Shown here: in pieces, positions 51,561 through 60,896 of the stretch | How the letters are laid out: each line of letters opens with the position of its first letter | How positions within the stretch are numbered: position 1 is the first letter of the stretch | Virus record (IMG/VR): IMGVR_UViG_3300006056_000001 | Span: 1-64,000 of that record | Length of the DNA: 64,000 nucleotides | Direction: 5' to 3' (one strand) | Source: a virus | Taxonomy: Duplodnaviria > Caudoviricetes | Made by a program: the position numbers and the translations under genes | Notes under the pieces: generated by a model | The model's input: the letters and a program-made list of their open reading frames with translations, nothing else | Databases searched by the model: none | Told to the model about the DNA's origin: nothing

Positions 51561-52164
51561 TATTAAATTCTGGTAAGTCTCCTGCTCCAGGATCAGTTAT
51601 ATTCCCGCCTATAACTGTTGCTCCTCTAAGTGATTTTAAAGCTTCATTGGCATTATTTTTATTGCCTAAATCAAGCATTTCCTTGGCTATCTTTTCTGAT
51701 TTTCCAAGTAAATCTATTTGTTTAAATTGTGTTAAATTTTCTATCTCTGATGGCTTCATGCCAGGGTAGGCTTTAGCTATCAGTATCTCTATAACACTTT
51801 GCGCAGTAGAAGCTGTATTTCTACTGTCAATTATCTTGGATTTAAAGTCTTTCTCTTCCTGTAAGACAGAAAGACTAGATATTTTTTCTGCTACACTCTT
51901 AATAAAGAAACATGGAGTCTTTGTTATCAAAAATTGTTTGTCTTTATTAGAAGTTATATAAGTCAAAGAACATATTAAATTTTCAAGCATTATCTCATTT
52001 ATAAAAGGAGATAGCTCTATTATGTACTTTGTTTCTTGTACTGTAAGAGATCTAAATATTACTACTAGATCTTTGTTTTTAAACAAGAAAAGCTGTCCAT
52101 GCTTTACTTTTGCATGAAACAGCTCTTCTATTTTAGATAGATCAAAAATATGCTTTAAGTTCAC
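51553..52164 (-). CDS. Tail assembly chaperone-like protein 2 (203 aa, GTG start)
   Basis: Lies between tube and tape measure genes; VIFRSLTVQE and PSEIENLT patterns; similar to the upstream 137-aa ORF. Confidence 0.6.
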   Translation of the reverse strand: MNLKHIFDLSKIEELFHAKVKHGQLFLFKNKDLVVIFRSLTVQETKYIIELSPFINEIMLENLICSLTYITSNKDKQFLITKTPCFFIKSVAEKISSLSVLQEEKDFKSKIIDSRNTASTAQSVIEILIAKAYPGMKPSEIENLTQFKQIDLLGKSEKIAKEMLDLGNKNNANEALKSLRGATVIGGNITDPGAGDLPEFNNG

Positions 52165-52165
52165 A

Positions 52166-52579
52166 TTATAATTGTTCAGGTTCTTCTTCTACACCATAGC
52201 CAGAAGCCTGCATTATTCTATCTGCTAAGGTTGCTATGACACCTGCTGGTGTATTAGGGTTTATAGGAGGATGTAGTAATCCTTTAAGTACTAGTCTCTC
52301 TTCTCCTGAATCTCTCATTCTTATAGTTTCTTTTTCTATCCAAGAGTCTAGTTCTCTTATCTTAGGGTCTTCGGGCTTTAGATTCTTACGTGCTTCGTCA
52401 GATTCAGCCTTTATTTTCTCTGTTTCCTTTATAAGAATTTCTTGAAGTTCTTGGAACTCCTTTCTATTTATAGATCTGTAGTAGTACGGAATACCAGAGA
52501 TCTTTAAAGAAAACACGCTATGTCCTTGTTCTTTTGCAGTCTTTACTAAGACGTCTACAGATGTGTCATTATGGCTCAT
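52166..52579 (-). CDS. Tail assembly chaperone-like protein 1 (137 aa)
   Basis: YYYRSINRKEF...PAGVIATLADRIMQASGY; acidic; canonical chaperone position. Confidence 0.68.
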   Translation of the reverse strand: MSHNDTSVDVLVKTAKEQGHSVFSLKISGIPYYYRSINRKEFQELQEILIKETEKIKAESDEARKNLKPEDPKIRELDSWIEKETIRMRDSGEERLVLKGLLHPPINPNTPAGVIATLADRIMQASGYGVEEEPEQL

Positions 52580-53273
52580 ATGTTACTAATTTGATTATTT
52601 TTTTAGAAGAAATAAAGCTATAAACCTCATAAAGAGGATCTGAGCTTCCTTCTGCTCCTGCTTGGGATATAGATTGACTAAGTTCATTAAAATGAACATT
52701 TTCAAATCTAATAAACCATGTTTGATAAGCAGGATCTTGATAATATACGTCCATTATAGTATTTTCTTTAAGTAGTACTATAGGGCTATCTATACTATCT
52801 ATTCTAGAACCTAGTTGAGCAGGCGTAAATAGATTTTCTAATGCTTTTTTAGTAGCCTCTTTTGTATCTTTTTTTGATATCAAGCTGGCTATATATTCTG
52901 CTCTGGCTGCTCTTTCTTCTGGTGTTCCATTAGGAGGCAGCTCAGTGCTTAATTCTTTTTGTACATTATTTGTTAAAATATTATCTTGTTTTCTATCGTA
53001 AGAATAATTATACAGTCTAGGAATAAAAGTATTTTGTTTTTCGTAAGATTCGTCCAAAACTGTGTTAAGATATCCTGGAAAGGTAAAGTTTAAAGTTAAT
53101 AATCCTTGTACTATTACTCTTCCATAAGCTACTTTAGAAAAGAAAGGATCATTATATCCATATATAGGCACTTTTGATGCCCCTTCTTTGAACTGTAGTT
53201 GATATGCTTGGTCAATATGTATTCCATTAAGGAATACTGCAACAGTACTAGATGTTGGATATAAATGTGTCAT
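52569..53273 (-). CDS. Tail tube-like paralogue 3 (234 aa), possible tube initiator
   Basis: LQFKEGASKVPIYGYNDPFFSKVAYGRVIVQGLLTLNF aligns with the N-terminal motif of the two upstream tube genes. Confidence 0.7.
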   Translation of the reverse strand: MTHLYPTSSTVAVFLNGIHIDQAYQLQFKEGASKVPIYGYNDPFFSKVAYGRVIVQGLLTLNFTFPGYLNTVLDESYEKQNTFIPRLYNYSYDRKQDNILTNNVQKELSTELPPNGTPEERAARAEYIASLISKKDTKEATKKALENLFTPAQLGSRIDSIDSPIVLLKENTIMDVYYQDPAYQTWFIRFENVHFNELSQSISQAGAEGSSDPLYEVYSFISSKKIIKLVTYEP

Positions 53274-54031
53274 TAAATTATACCATACTTACCTAAGTAA
53301 GAGTCTGGACCAGCACCAGGTCGTCTAAATTTCTTTCTAATAGCTTGTACTTTTTCTTCTACAGAGCCGTACTGCTTAGACATTGTTTCTTGTATTAGCT
53401 GACTTAGGTTTCTATATCCTTCCAACGTAAATCCTTCTGTCTCCTCTCTTGCTATAGATACATTTGAAGCAGAGAGTGGGATAACATCGGTCGCAACATA
53501 GCTGTATGTTACTTCAGTGTATAAGTCATCTACGCTATAAGTAGTACCGTAGTTTACTAAAGTAATGCCGTGTATTACTTGTATAGCAGCAGCTCCTTTT
53601 TCATTGGCCGCTGTTATTACTATTGAGAAGGGAGGAAGCTGATCTGAAGTCAGAGATGTAGAAGAGGCCATCATACTAGAGGCAATATCTTGATCATATA
53701 TCTCTTTAAATACATCTTGATTAACAGATGCAAAAACTAAGGTTCCTGCGAATGTTCTAGCTCCTCGGGTATAAGCTACTGGACTTTCTCTTCCTAAAAC
53801 TCTAACAGGAGAGATAGATCTTGTAGAAGATATAGAAATTGTTTGTATTTCGGCTAATAGCTTAGACTTTGGATTTTTTGTATTAAGTAAAGCACTATTC
53901 CTTGTAGCTAAAGGAAGATATACATAAGCGCTTATATCACTTCCTGAGAAGGATTGAAAATCTGCCTGCTTACCTAAACTAGGTCTAAGAAGCCGAGCTA
54001 CCTCATCATTAACATAAACAGTTTTACGCAT
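53273..54031 (-). CDS. Tail tube-like paralogue 2 (252 aa)
   Basis: SFSGSD...EIQTISISSTRSISPVRVLG...RGARTFAGTLVF...DQLPPFSIVITAANEKG; clearly similar to 54093..54779. Confidence 0.78.
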   Translation of the reverse strand: MRKTVYVNDEVARLLRPSLGKQADFQSFSGSDISAYVYLPLATRNSALLNTKNPKSKLLAEIQTISISSTRSISPVRVLGRESPVAYTRGARTFAGTLVFASVNQDVFKEIYDQDIASSMMASSTSLTSDQLPPFSIVITAANEKGAAAIQVIHGITLVNYGTTYSVDDLYTEVTYSYVATDVIPLSASNVSIAREETEGFTLEGYRNLSQLIQETMSKQYGSVEEKVQAIRKKFRRPGAGPDSYLGKYGII

Positions 54032-54071
54032 ATATAAAATATGGGCTAATTAGATTGCTCTAATTAACCCA
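54032..54071 (-). terminator. Intrinsic terminator after the major tube gene
   Basis: Minus-strand UGGGUUAAUUAGA-GCAA-UCUAAUUAGCCCA (13-bp stem with one G-U, GNRA loop), followed by UAUUUUAUAU. Confidence 0.85.
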
Positions 54072-54092
54072 ATATCCTTTAGTAATCAAAAA

Positions 54093-54779
54093 TTAGCCAC
54101 CTATGAAGGAAGCAGATCTACCATCATTATTAATTCTGATAAATCCTTGATCTCTCCATGGAGTTACTGCAGTAGAGATATAAGTACAAGCTTCGTCTGT
54201 AGTAATGTCATTAGTAGAAAGAGAAGAACCTACGTTCATAATTTCTACTCCGTGAATCATCATTCTAGCAACGGCGCCATACTCATTAGATGCTGTAATA
54301 ACAACATCAAAAGGTAGTACTTGGTCTAAGTAGTTAGGGGCTGCTATTACCTTATCTAGAGCTATTCTAGATACAGTAGGGGAGGCAGATCCAACCGCAG
54401 GACCAATGACTCCAGGAACGATTTCTATGCTGCTAACGTTAACGTCAGCAATTTCAAACCCTTCTGGAATAGAGTACCTGTTTGCTACATAAGGTCTATC
54501 TCTCATAGCCTCTAATAGAGCGGATCTATCAAAAACTACAAATACTATAGAGCCTGCTATACCTCTCTTTCCACGAGAGAAGGATCTAGGATCTGCTTCT
54601 CCCATAGAATAGACAGGCGCCTTTTCTCTCTGTATTGTATAAGAGATGCCTTGTAGCTCGCCTAAAATCTTACTGCCGAAAGTAACTACCATGTCAACTC
54701 CAGAGAAGGAGTTGTATGTCTTCTGGAAGCTATTTCCGTTCTTTCCTGCTCCTGCTGGAGCTAGTCCTTTATTTGTCAT
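54093..54779 (-). CDS. Major tail tube protein (228 aa)
   Basis: Directly after the sheath, with a strong AGGAG Shine-Dalgarno (SD) site and a downstream terminator; SFSGVD...ELQGISYTIQREKAPVYSMG...RGKRGIAGSIVF. Confidence 0.82.
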   Translation of the reverse strand: MTNKGLAPAGAGKNGNSFQKTYNSFSGVDMVVTFGSKILGELQGISYTIQREKAPVYSMGEADPRSFSRGKRGIAGSIVFVVFDRSALLEAMRDRPYVANRYSIPEGFEIADVNVSSIEIVPGVIGPAVGSASPTVSRIALDKVIAAPNYLDQVLPFDVVITASNEYGAVARMMIHGVEIMNVGSSLSTNDITTDEACTYISTAVTPWRDQGFIRINNDGRSASFIGG

Positions 54780-54789
54780 ATTTTACTCC

Positions 54790-56457
54790 TTATTCTCCTT
54801 TACTTAAGGATACAACTAGGTTAATAGATGTAATTTCAAAAGCAGGGACGAGGGTAAGGTTAATATCTAATTCACCTAACACTCTTTGATCTGGAGTAGA
54901 GGCTATAGAGAAACTATAGCTTCTGAGAGCACCAGAGCCCTTCATAGCTAATAGTATCTGGTCTATCTCTGCATCCAAAGCATTCATCTGAGGAGCGTTG
55001 TTAGGCTCTCCTAGATATTTGTTAGCAGCAGATCTAATGAGATCTAAAGTACTGTGTACAATTCTTACTGTACTTAATCTAGTGTAGTCAGAACGTATGT
55101 ATCGAGATACGTTATGGGCTCCTGTAACACCGGAGGCTACAGTTAGACCATTAGTTCTACTATACATAGTAACATGTCTCATTCCAGTTAAGCTGTTTGC
55201 CTGTTTTGTAGACAGTAGTTTTAACTGTACAACTCCATTTACCTGCTTATTTGTAGGAGCAGATTGAGGAGCTAGACTTGTTATTAAGCCTGCATATGCA
55301 GCAGAACCGTCTGTGTTTCTAGATGTATTGGACAAGGACGCGCCTACGGCCAATGCTCTACTAGACACTTGAGTACCGACTGATCTTAGAGGCACACTAA
55401 ATACACTGATGTACTGTCCTGCGTCTACCTTTCCATTTCTAGAGTCAACAGCATTTAGACCGTCAGAATCTTTAGCCTGCCAACCCGCGAAATATCTAGA
55501 ATCTACAGATGTAGCTTCAGAGACAGAAATATCATTTAAGGTATTTCCATCTTGGTCTGCAGCTCCTGCCAGCCAATTGATATAAGTTTGATTATAAAAT
55601 TGACCAGTGTAGATAGTAGACTTGAACATGGAAGGATCATTCTGATAAGAATGATAAGCATGCCATTCGTTAACTAGTCTAGAAGATGGCGTACCATATT
55701 CTGTAGCAGCTATAGCAGCTCTTTGAGAAGTTGCTGCAGTAGCCGTACCACTGTTAACCCAAGCAGTACCAAACAAGGATGTCATCTCAGACAATAGAGT
55801 AGAGTCTGAGGTTAATCCTACAGGACTACCTGTATACTCTGCAAAGTAACCTGTATTTGTTACGTTAGGAGCATGTCTCATCGCCCAGCTAAGAACAGGA
55901 CGAGTAGAAATAACACCTATGCAAGAGTTTTCTTCTGTAGTTGCTTGGAAGCAGAAATCTGCTAACTGCTTACCAAAGTTCCAAGAAAGAGCAGCGCCAG
56001 TAGCAGTCTGATAGATCTTGTCGTCCATGTAAGCATTTACAGGAACCACAACATCTAATGTTCTGTTTCTTAAAACTTCATATGCAGACTCAAGGTCTAC
56101 ATATCTTCCAGAAAGTAGGGCATTAGGCTTAGTATAGTCTACTAAATTCTGGCCATTATAGTGGCCAATAATCATAATTTCAATATTTGGTGCGCCTGCG
56201 GATACAGCCTCTTCTATTGCTAGAGAAAGCTCGCCTGGGACGTTAGTCGTTGGCCATCCACCTGCAGCTCCAGAGAAATTGAAATAAAGGGAATTCATAG
56301 CCTTCTCAACAGAGCCTACTGTAAAGGGTTCTAATAGAGGTAGTCCTGTGTTAGAGGTTACGCCTAATAGTGTTACTTTCGGACCCGCTGGAGGAGGAGC
56401 TATCTTAAGTCCTTGATCGTTTAAAATCGTGTTTACACGAGGAAGGAAATTTGTCAT
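54790..56457 (-). CDS. Contractile tail sheath protein (555 aa)
   Basis: C-terminal SAPTNKQV...SDYTRLSTVRIV...KYLGEPNN...GELDINLTLVPAFEITSINLVV is the sheath signature; GGAG SD upstream. Confidence 0.92.
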   Translation of the reverse strand: MTNFLPRVNTILNDQGLKIAPPPAGPKVTLLGVTSNTGLPLLEPFTVGSVEKAMNSLYFNFSGAAGGWPTTNVPGELSLAIEEAVSAGAPNIEIMIIGHYNGQNLVDYTKPNALLSGRYVDLESAYEVLRNRTLDVVVPVNAYMDDKIYQTATGAALSWNFGKQLADFCFQATTEENSCIGVISTRPVLSWAMRHAPNVTNTGYFAEYTGSPVGLTSDSTLLSEMTSLFGTAWVNSGTATAATSQRAAIAATEYGTPSSRLVNEWHAYHSYQNDPSMFKSTIYTGQFYNQTYINWLAGAADQDGNTLNDISVSEATSVDSRYFAGWQAKDSDGLNAVDSRNGKVDAGQYISVFSVPLRSVGTQVSSRALAVGASLSNTSRNTDGSAAYAGLITSLAPQSAPTNKQVNGVVQLKLLSTKQANSLTGMRHVTMYSRTNGLTVASGVTGAHNVSRYIRSDYTRLSTVRIVHSTLDLIRSAANKYLGEPNNAPQMNALDAEIDQILLAMKGSGALRSYSFSIASTPDQRVLGELDINLTLVPAFEITSINLVVSLSKGE

Positions 56458-56473
56458 TTATTTTATCTCCAAT

Positions 56474-57529
56474 TTATTGAAGGATATCTATATTACCAAA
56501 TAGATATTCTCCTGATCTATAGAAACAACTTCGATAATCTTCTGCAGTATAGTTTCCAGTAAGCAATTGATCTGCAACGTAAGTCACTTTATTGCTATAT
56601 GGAACATATGTATCAGAAGTACCTAACGTTATATCTATTTTTAGTATATCTCTTTGATATACCGCTTCTAACTCTTCGGTTCGAAAGTAAAACTGAGTAG
56701 TCTTAGATGGAAGTTGTTGTCTCCAAGCGGATTTTTGACTATCTTCATTTCTTCTCCAGAAGAAGACGTGTTCAAGTCCACTTTTTCTAAGATATCCAGA
56801 ATACAATTTTATAAAGGTTTCAATCCAGTTTATTAGTCTTTCACAGGCTCGAAATGTGTTAGACCATGCACCAAATTCAATAATATTATCAAAATACTGA
56901 CCTCTAATTTCTACTGTGTATCCGGGTATTAAAGGGTCTTTAACTGACTCCCTTAATCGGCTCTTAAGCTCTTTCCGGCTACCAAAAGGTTCCCCGTAAG
57001 CACCAGGTTCGACTCTAGTAAGCTTCCAGGTAATAGTAGGTACAATATTAGGAATATTCTCTAGAATACCCTCCGGATTTGCGCTAATAATATTTAATAG
57101 AGCATCAGGATATTCATGGTCAAAATTTATATATCTATCGTGATCTTGAAATTCTAAAGACTCTCTTTTTTCTATATTGGGTGGAACTTTTACATTTTTT
57201 AATTTAACAAGTCCTTCCCAAGAGTTAGTCTTTGGATTCTTTATTATTTGATCAACAACATACACTTCTTTTGTTGATTTGTTAATTATTTTATCATTAG
57301 GCTTTAATTCAAGAATAGCGTAAGGAAAAAGTATTAAATTTTTATCTGTTCTATTTGGTACAAAAGAACACTGATGTTTCTTTAGTAAAATACTTATCAA
57401 ATCCATAGATTCGCTTATACTTAAGTTACCTTCTGCGGTACTCTTACGTCTAAGCTCAAATTGTTGCTTAAAAGAATTAAAGCACTGTAAGTATTTGTCT
57501 CCAAATTCAGGAAGGTCTTCAGGAATCAT
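56474..57529 (-). CDS. Tail completion/terminator-like protein (351 aa)
   Basis: Immediately upstream of the sheath; PTITWKL...LKSRLRE...FDNIIEFGAWS...ERLINWIETFI. Confidence 0.6.
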   Translation of the reverse strand: MIPEDLPEFGDKYLQCFNSFKQQFELRRKSTAEGNLSISESMDLISILLKKHQCSFVPNRTDKNLILFPYAILELKPNDKIINKSTKEVYVVDQIIKNPKTNSWEGLVKLKNVKVPPNIEKRESLEFQDHDRYINFDHEYPDALLNIISANPEGILENIPNIVPTITWKLTRVEPGAYGEPFGSRKELKSRLRESVKDPLIPGYTVEIRGQYFDNIIEFGAWSNTFRACERLINWIETFIKLYSGYLRKSGLEHVFFWRRNEDSQKSAWRQQLPSKTTQFYFRTEELEAVYQRDILKIDITLGTSDTYVPYSNKVTYVADQLLTGNYTAEDYRSCFYRSGEYLFGNIDILQ

Positions 57530-58073
57530 TTATCCTCCCATTAGAATTATAGTTACTTTGACTACCCGGTTCAGAAAGCCTGCCGCTTTCGATCTGTCTT
57601 TCTTCTACAATTCCTTTCCAAAACTCAACTCTTCCTGAATCGCCTTTTATAGGAAGAGCATCTTGTATTCTATTATATTTTAATATAACAAAAGGCTGAC
57701 TTACTTTTCCAGTATTTATGTCTTGTGCTAGTTCTAGTATATAGTCAAATTTGTTTATTACTCGATCATACTTTACTACAACATTCTTTTGTTGTGTAGA
57801 AAGTATTCCAGGAGGAGTTCCAAATTCTGCTCCTAATACTCCCATCCATAAGTAGCCTTTTACTAAGTAATCTGTAAATAAATAACCACTTAACATACAT
57901 CTCTTACATCCAGGAGGAGAATCTTTCGAAGCCTTATCCCAACAGGAGCACTTTTTAGAATAATCAGTTTTTCTTAATCCAAGCCATTGGAATCCAATTA
58001 TTTGCTTAGATGGAATAAAGCTATTCTGCTCGCCGGTTAAAGACTTAAGGACTTCTCTTAGATCAGGAATCAT
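57519..58073 (-). CDS. Neck/head-closure protein with a CxC...CxxC zinc motif (184 aa)
   Basis: KCSCWD...GCKRCMLSGY and KGDSGRVEFW; position in the head-tail joining block. Confidence 0.6.
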   Translation of the reverse strand: MIPDLREVLKSLTGEQNSFIPSKQIIGFQWLGLRKTDYSKKCSCWDKASKDSPPGCKRCMLSGYLFTDYLVKGYLWMGVLGAEFGTPPGILSTQQKNVVVKYDRVINKFDYILELAQDINTGKVSQPFVILKYNRIQDALPIKGDSGRVEFWKGIVEERQIESGRLSEPGSQSNYNSNGRINDS

Positions 58074-58074
58074 A

Positions 58075-58494
58075 TTATGTCAACTTGACAATACCTTCAG
58101 AATTCCAAGTAATAGAGAAGTCAGCATTAGTTATTGTTTGACTTCCTAAATCTCTGGCTTGTATTAGATAGTTTGTTGCAACAGTTGCACCAGAAACATA
58201 AACAACCATCCATGCTGGGCTACAAGTTATACCTGTAAAAGTAACAGAATGTCCAGTAAGAACACCTTCATTATCTACTGTATCCATGAAAACGCTTGTT
58301 GCATGTACTTTGACTCCCCCTTTAGGGTGTCCTGCAACTACTACGTCTGCACTTATATGCCCTGTATTAGCATGTGTGTCTGCGTTAGGAGTGTATGCAC
58401 CACTAACTAGCATACACATAATGTTAGCTGTTCCTAAATTAATGTTTCCGCTCATTAAGTTAGTTTTAAAATGATTATATACTAAATCTGCCAT
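58075..58494 (-). CDS. Small virion fibre/decoration-type protein (139 aa), paralogue B
   Basis: MADLVYNHFK...MLVSGAYTPN...FSITWNSEGIVKL. Confidence 0.6.
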   Translation of the reverse strand: MADLVYNHFKTNLMSGNINLGTANIMCMLVSGAYTPNADTHANTGHISADVVVAGHPKGGVKVHATSVFMDTVDNEGVLTGHSVTFTGITCSPAWMVVYVSGATVATNYLIQARDLGSQTITNADFSITWNSEGIVKLT

Positions 58495-58925
58495 TATGCA
58501 TCTCCTATCTTCATAATACCATCGGTATTATTCCATGTAATCTGAAGAGTACCGTTTGTAGTACTTACAATACCCATAGAGTTCCAACAAATTAAGTATC
58601 TAGTAGCAGGGGTTGCTCCTGAATACCATAAAACTATGCCTGAGGCTTGATTTATAGTAGTGTTGCTCCAGCTCAAGTCGGCTGCATCAAAAATACTATA
58701 ATTATTAGCTATAGTTAATGTCTTACTACTAAGTAGTTGGCCTCCTGGAGTATATCCTGCTAGGGGGTCAGTTACTTGATATGCACTTACATCGCCTACT
58801 ACAGCGTGTCCTGTGTTTGGAGTATAGCTACCTGACAGCAACATGCCATAGATAGGATCGTTCACCAAGTCAATGGTGCCGCTTAAAAGTAGCTTTTTAA
58901 AGTTATCGTAAACTAAATGTGCCAT
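58494..58925 (-). CDS. Small virion fibre/decoration-type protein (143 aa), paralogue A
   Basis: MAHLVYDNFK...MLLSGSYTPN...FDAADLSW...LQITWNNTDGIMKI. Confidence 0.6.
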   Translation of the reverse strand: MAHLVYDNFKKLLLSGTIDLVNDPIYGMLLSGSYTPNTGHAVVGDVSAYQVTDPLAGYTPGGQLLSSKTLTIANNYSIFDAADLSWSNTTINQASGIVLWYSGATPATRYLICWNSMGIVSTTNGTLQITWNNTDGIMKIGDA

Positions 58926-58926
58926 A

Positions 58927-60315
58927 TTACCAGAAAGGTGCTCTGTTTATACCAACCACTCTTGTAAGTGGGTTCGTTTCCCTTGCTCTTCTATTTAGCA
59001 AGGAGTTAGCAGCCGGAACATCATTTTGATGATAGCTGAATCTAATATCTGTGTATCTTCCGTTGACGTCATACCAAAGTCGGTTTACCATCTGTGCTGT
59101 TTCAAGGTAACCCATAGTAGTGACACCAATTCTAAATTGCCATCCTTTTAAGATAGAATCTAGCGCGACTTCTTTTAGTCTTTGATACTTAGCTACTTTC
59201 ATAGCTATTTTACCAATGAAATTGTCTACAGAAACTCCTAAATCTCCAAGCTGACGTCTAGTGCCAGCTATTAGATATTTAGAGTATTCTGCATCTTCCA
59301 TTAGATCTAAAATTGTACTGTATACTATATATTGTCTTGCAGGATAGGGGATATTATCTATCATAAAAACCCTACCTACTCTTTCCCAAGTCCATATAGT
59401 ATTTTTAAATAGTAGCGCACCTATATAATCTTCATTATAGGTGTCTGCTATGTCTTTTACTTCTCTCTTTATAGTTTCTATTCCATATATCTCTGGAAAA
59501 AGAGCTGTGTTTACGGAGTAAATCATCTTTCCTCCATAAGGCTCATTATCTTCAGAAAGAATTGTGTCTTTTAATTCTATATGTATTCCTAGATTTTTAG
59601 GAAGTTCTGAAGCAAAAGTTACTACTAAATCTTTACCAGTAGTGGTTACTGCGTATCCTGGAATAGGGAAGCTTCCCATTTCTTGACCAGAAGCCAAATA
59701 AGAAGCTGTATTTAATAAAGGAAATAAGTTGACGTCTACCCAATCTGAGACATCACTGTCTCCTGTGTATAAATTTTTACTAAATGTAAATTTTATAGTA
59801 TTATCACCAGTCAATGTTTGAGCAAGGCCGTGCTTATTGTTTTTAGGTCTAACTTTAGTTATTGTAAAATCGTAACCTAAAGCTTTTACGTTAGTTGGTA
59901 AAAAAAGATCCCCTTCTAATGAAAGGGATGCGGCTTCTTTCTCTAAAACAGAGTCTACTTTATAGACTCCTTCTCCAGTAGAAAACTCTATGTAAATAGT
60001 TGTAGTAAGAGTATCTGCATCATTTGCCACTAAGCTATACCCAAGACCTGAATCAGTACCTATTACAATAATTCTATATTGTGTGTTCTCTTTTAGAGAC
60101 TGACTAGGAAGAAGTATAATTCTAGAAGAGGTGTCAAATCTTGGACTTACTGTTAAAGGAAAAGCTTGTCCTGAATCTATATCTATTAAACTGAATACAT
60201 TTTCAGTTATAGAGCTAGATGCAATAGTCTTATTGAAAACTAATTCAATAGACTTATTTATTTGAACATCTGTGGCTCCTTGAGAAGGAGTACTAGAAAG
60301 TAGGGATATAGCCAT
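58927..60315 (-). CDS. Head-tail adaptor-like protein with N-terminal bacterial Ig-like (Big_5/SbsA) domains (462 aa)
   Basis: STPSQGATDVQINKSIELVFNKTI...LLPSQSLKENTQYRIIV fits the Big_5 consensus; second Ig-like domain; C-terminal helical region with RRQLGDLGVS. Confidence 0.65.
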   Translation of the reverse strand: MAISLLSSTPSQGATDVQINKSIELVFNKTIASSSITENVFSLIDIDSGQAFPLTVSPRFDTSSRIILLPSQSLKENTQYRIIVIGTDSGLGYSLVANDADTLTTTIYIEFSTGEGVYKVDSVLEKEAASLSLEGDLFLPTNVKALGYDFTITKVRPKNNKHGLAQTLTGDNTIKFTFSKNLYTGDSDVSDWVDVNLFPLLNTASYLASGQEMGSFPIPGYAVTTTGKDLVVTFASELPKNLGIHIELKDTILSEDNEPYGGKMIYSVNTALFPEIYGIETIKREVKDIADTYNEDYIGALLFKNTIWTWERVGRVFMIDNIPYPARQYIVYSTILDLMEDAEYSKYLIAGTRRQLGDLGVSVDNFIGKIAMKVAKYQRLKEVALDSILKGWQFRIGVTTMGYLETAQMVNRLWYDVNGRYTDIRFSYHQNDVPAANSLLNRRARETNPLTRVVGINRAPFW

Positions 60316-60319
60316 TTAT

Positions 60320-60886
60320 TTAGTTGTCTAATAATGTATCTGGCGCAGTAGAGTTAAAAAGTGCATTTTTTAATGTTTTTATTACTTTTTCTCTATTTTT
60401 ATTTTTTGTTTCTTGTTCAATACAATATCTTAATATTTCTTTTGCACTCCAGTTTCTGTCTATAGATAGTCTTATCAAATTCTTGAATTTTACAATAGAT
60501 GGAGATTTTTGATTAGCTGGATCTAAACCATATTGCTTAATAAAATCAAAGTACTCTTTTAGTACTTCATCTGATCTAGTAAAAGGAGGAATATACTCTT
60601 TTGTATTTAAAACAAGTTCTCCAGTGTCAATAAGGTTTCTTACCATTATTTCTTCTTCATTACTTAAATCAGAAGGAATGACACATGTGAAATTTTTAGG
60701 TCCTAATCTCATTTTACCGCTAGGCAGACCAAAAAAAGTTCTCTTTTCTAGATTAATACTTACGTTTAAATTAGCTATAGGTTTGCTTTCTGTTTTTAAA
60801 CTACCTACTGTAGTAGATACATCTACTGAGTCAATTAACTGATCTACTGTTACTTCTTCAATTTTTTGATTTGTTTTCTTTGGCAT
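60320..60886 (-). CDS. Hypothetical head-associated protein (188 aa)
   Basis: First gene after the structured RNA element; C-terminal EQETKNKNREKVIKTLK motif. Confidence 0.5.
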   Translation of the reverse strand: MPKKTNQKIEEVTVDQLIDSVDVSTTVGSLKTESKPIANLNVSINLEKRTFFGLPSGKMRLGPKNFTCVIPSDLSNEEEIMVRNLIDTGELVLNTKEYIPPFTRSDEVLKEYFDFIKQYGLDPANQKSPSIVKFKNLIRLSIDRNWSAKEILRYCIEQETKNKNREKVIKTLKNALFNSTAPDTLLDN

Positions 60887-60896
60887 ACTATTCTGA

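Noticed and set aside
52166-52200. Lambda G/GT-type programmed -1 frameshift between the tail chaperones
   Set aside because: Joining the ORFs needs a +1 shift, the downstream frame is closed by TAG at 52191-52189, and there is no XXXYYYZ slippery site in the open stretch.
30997-56457. Bacterial contractile injection system (eCIS, tailocin or T6SS) rather than a phage
   Set aside because: Head-tail joining-type genes precede the sheath, no Afp15-like ATPase or T6SS membrane complex is present, and gene sizes and organisation fit a large myovirus. The capsid gene itself is outside the window, so this remains an inference.
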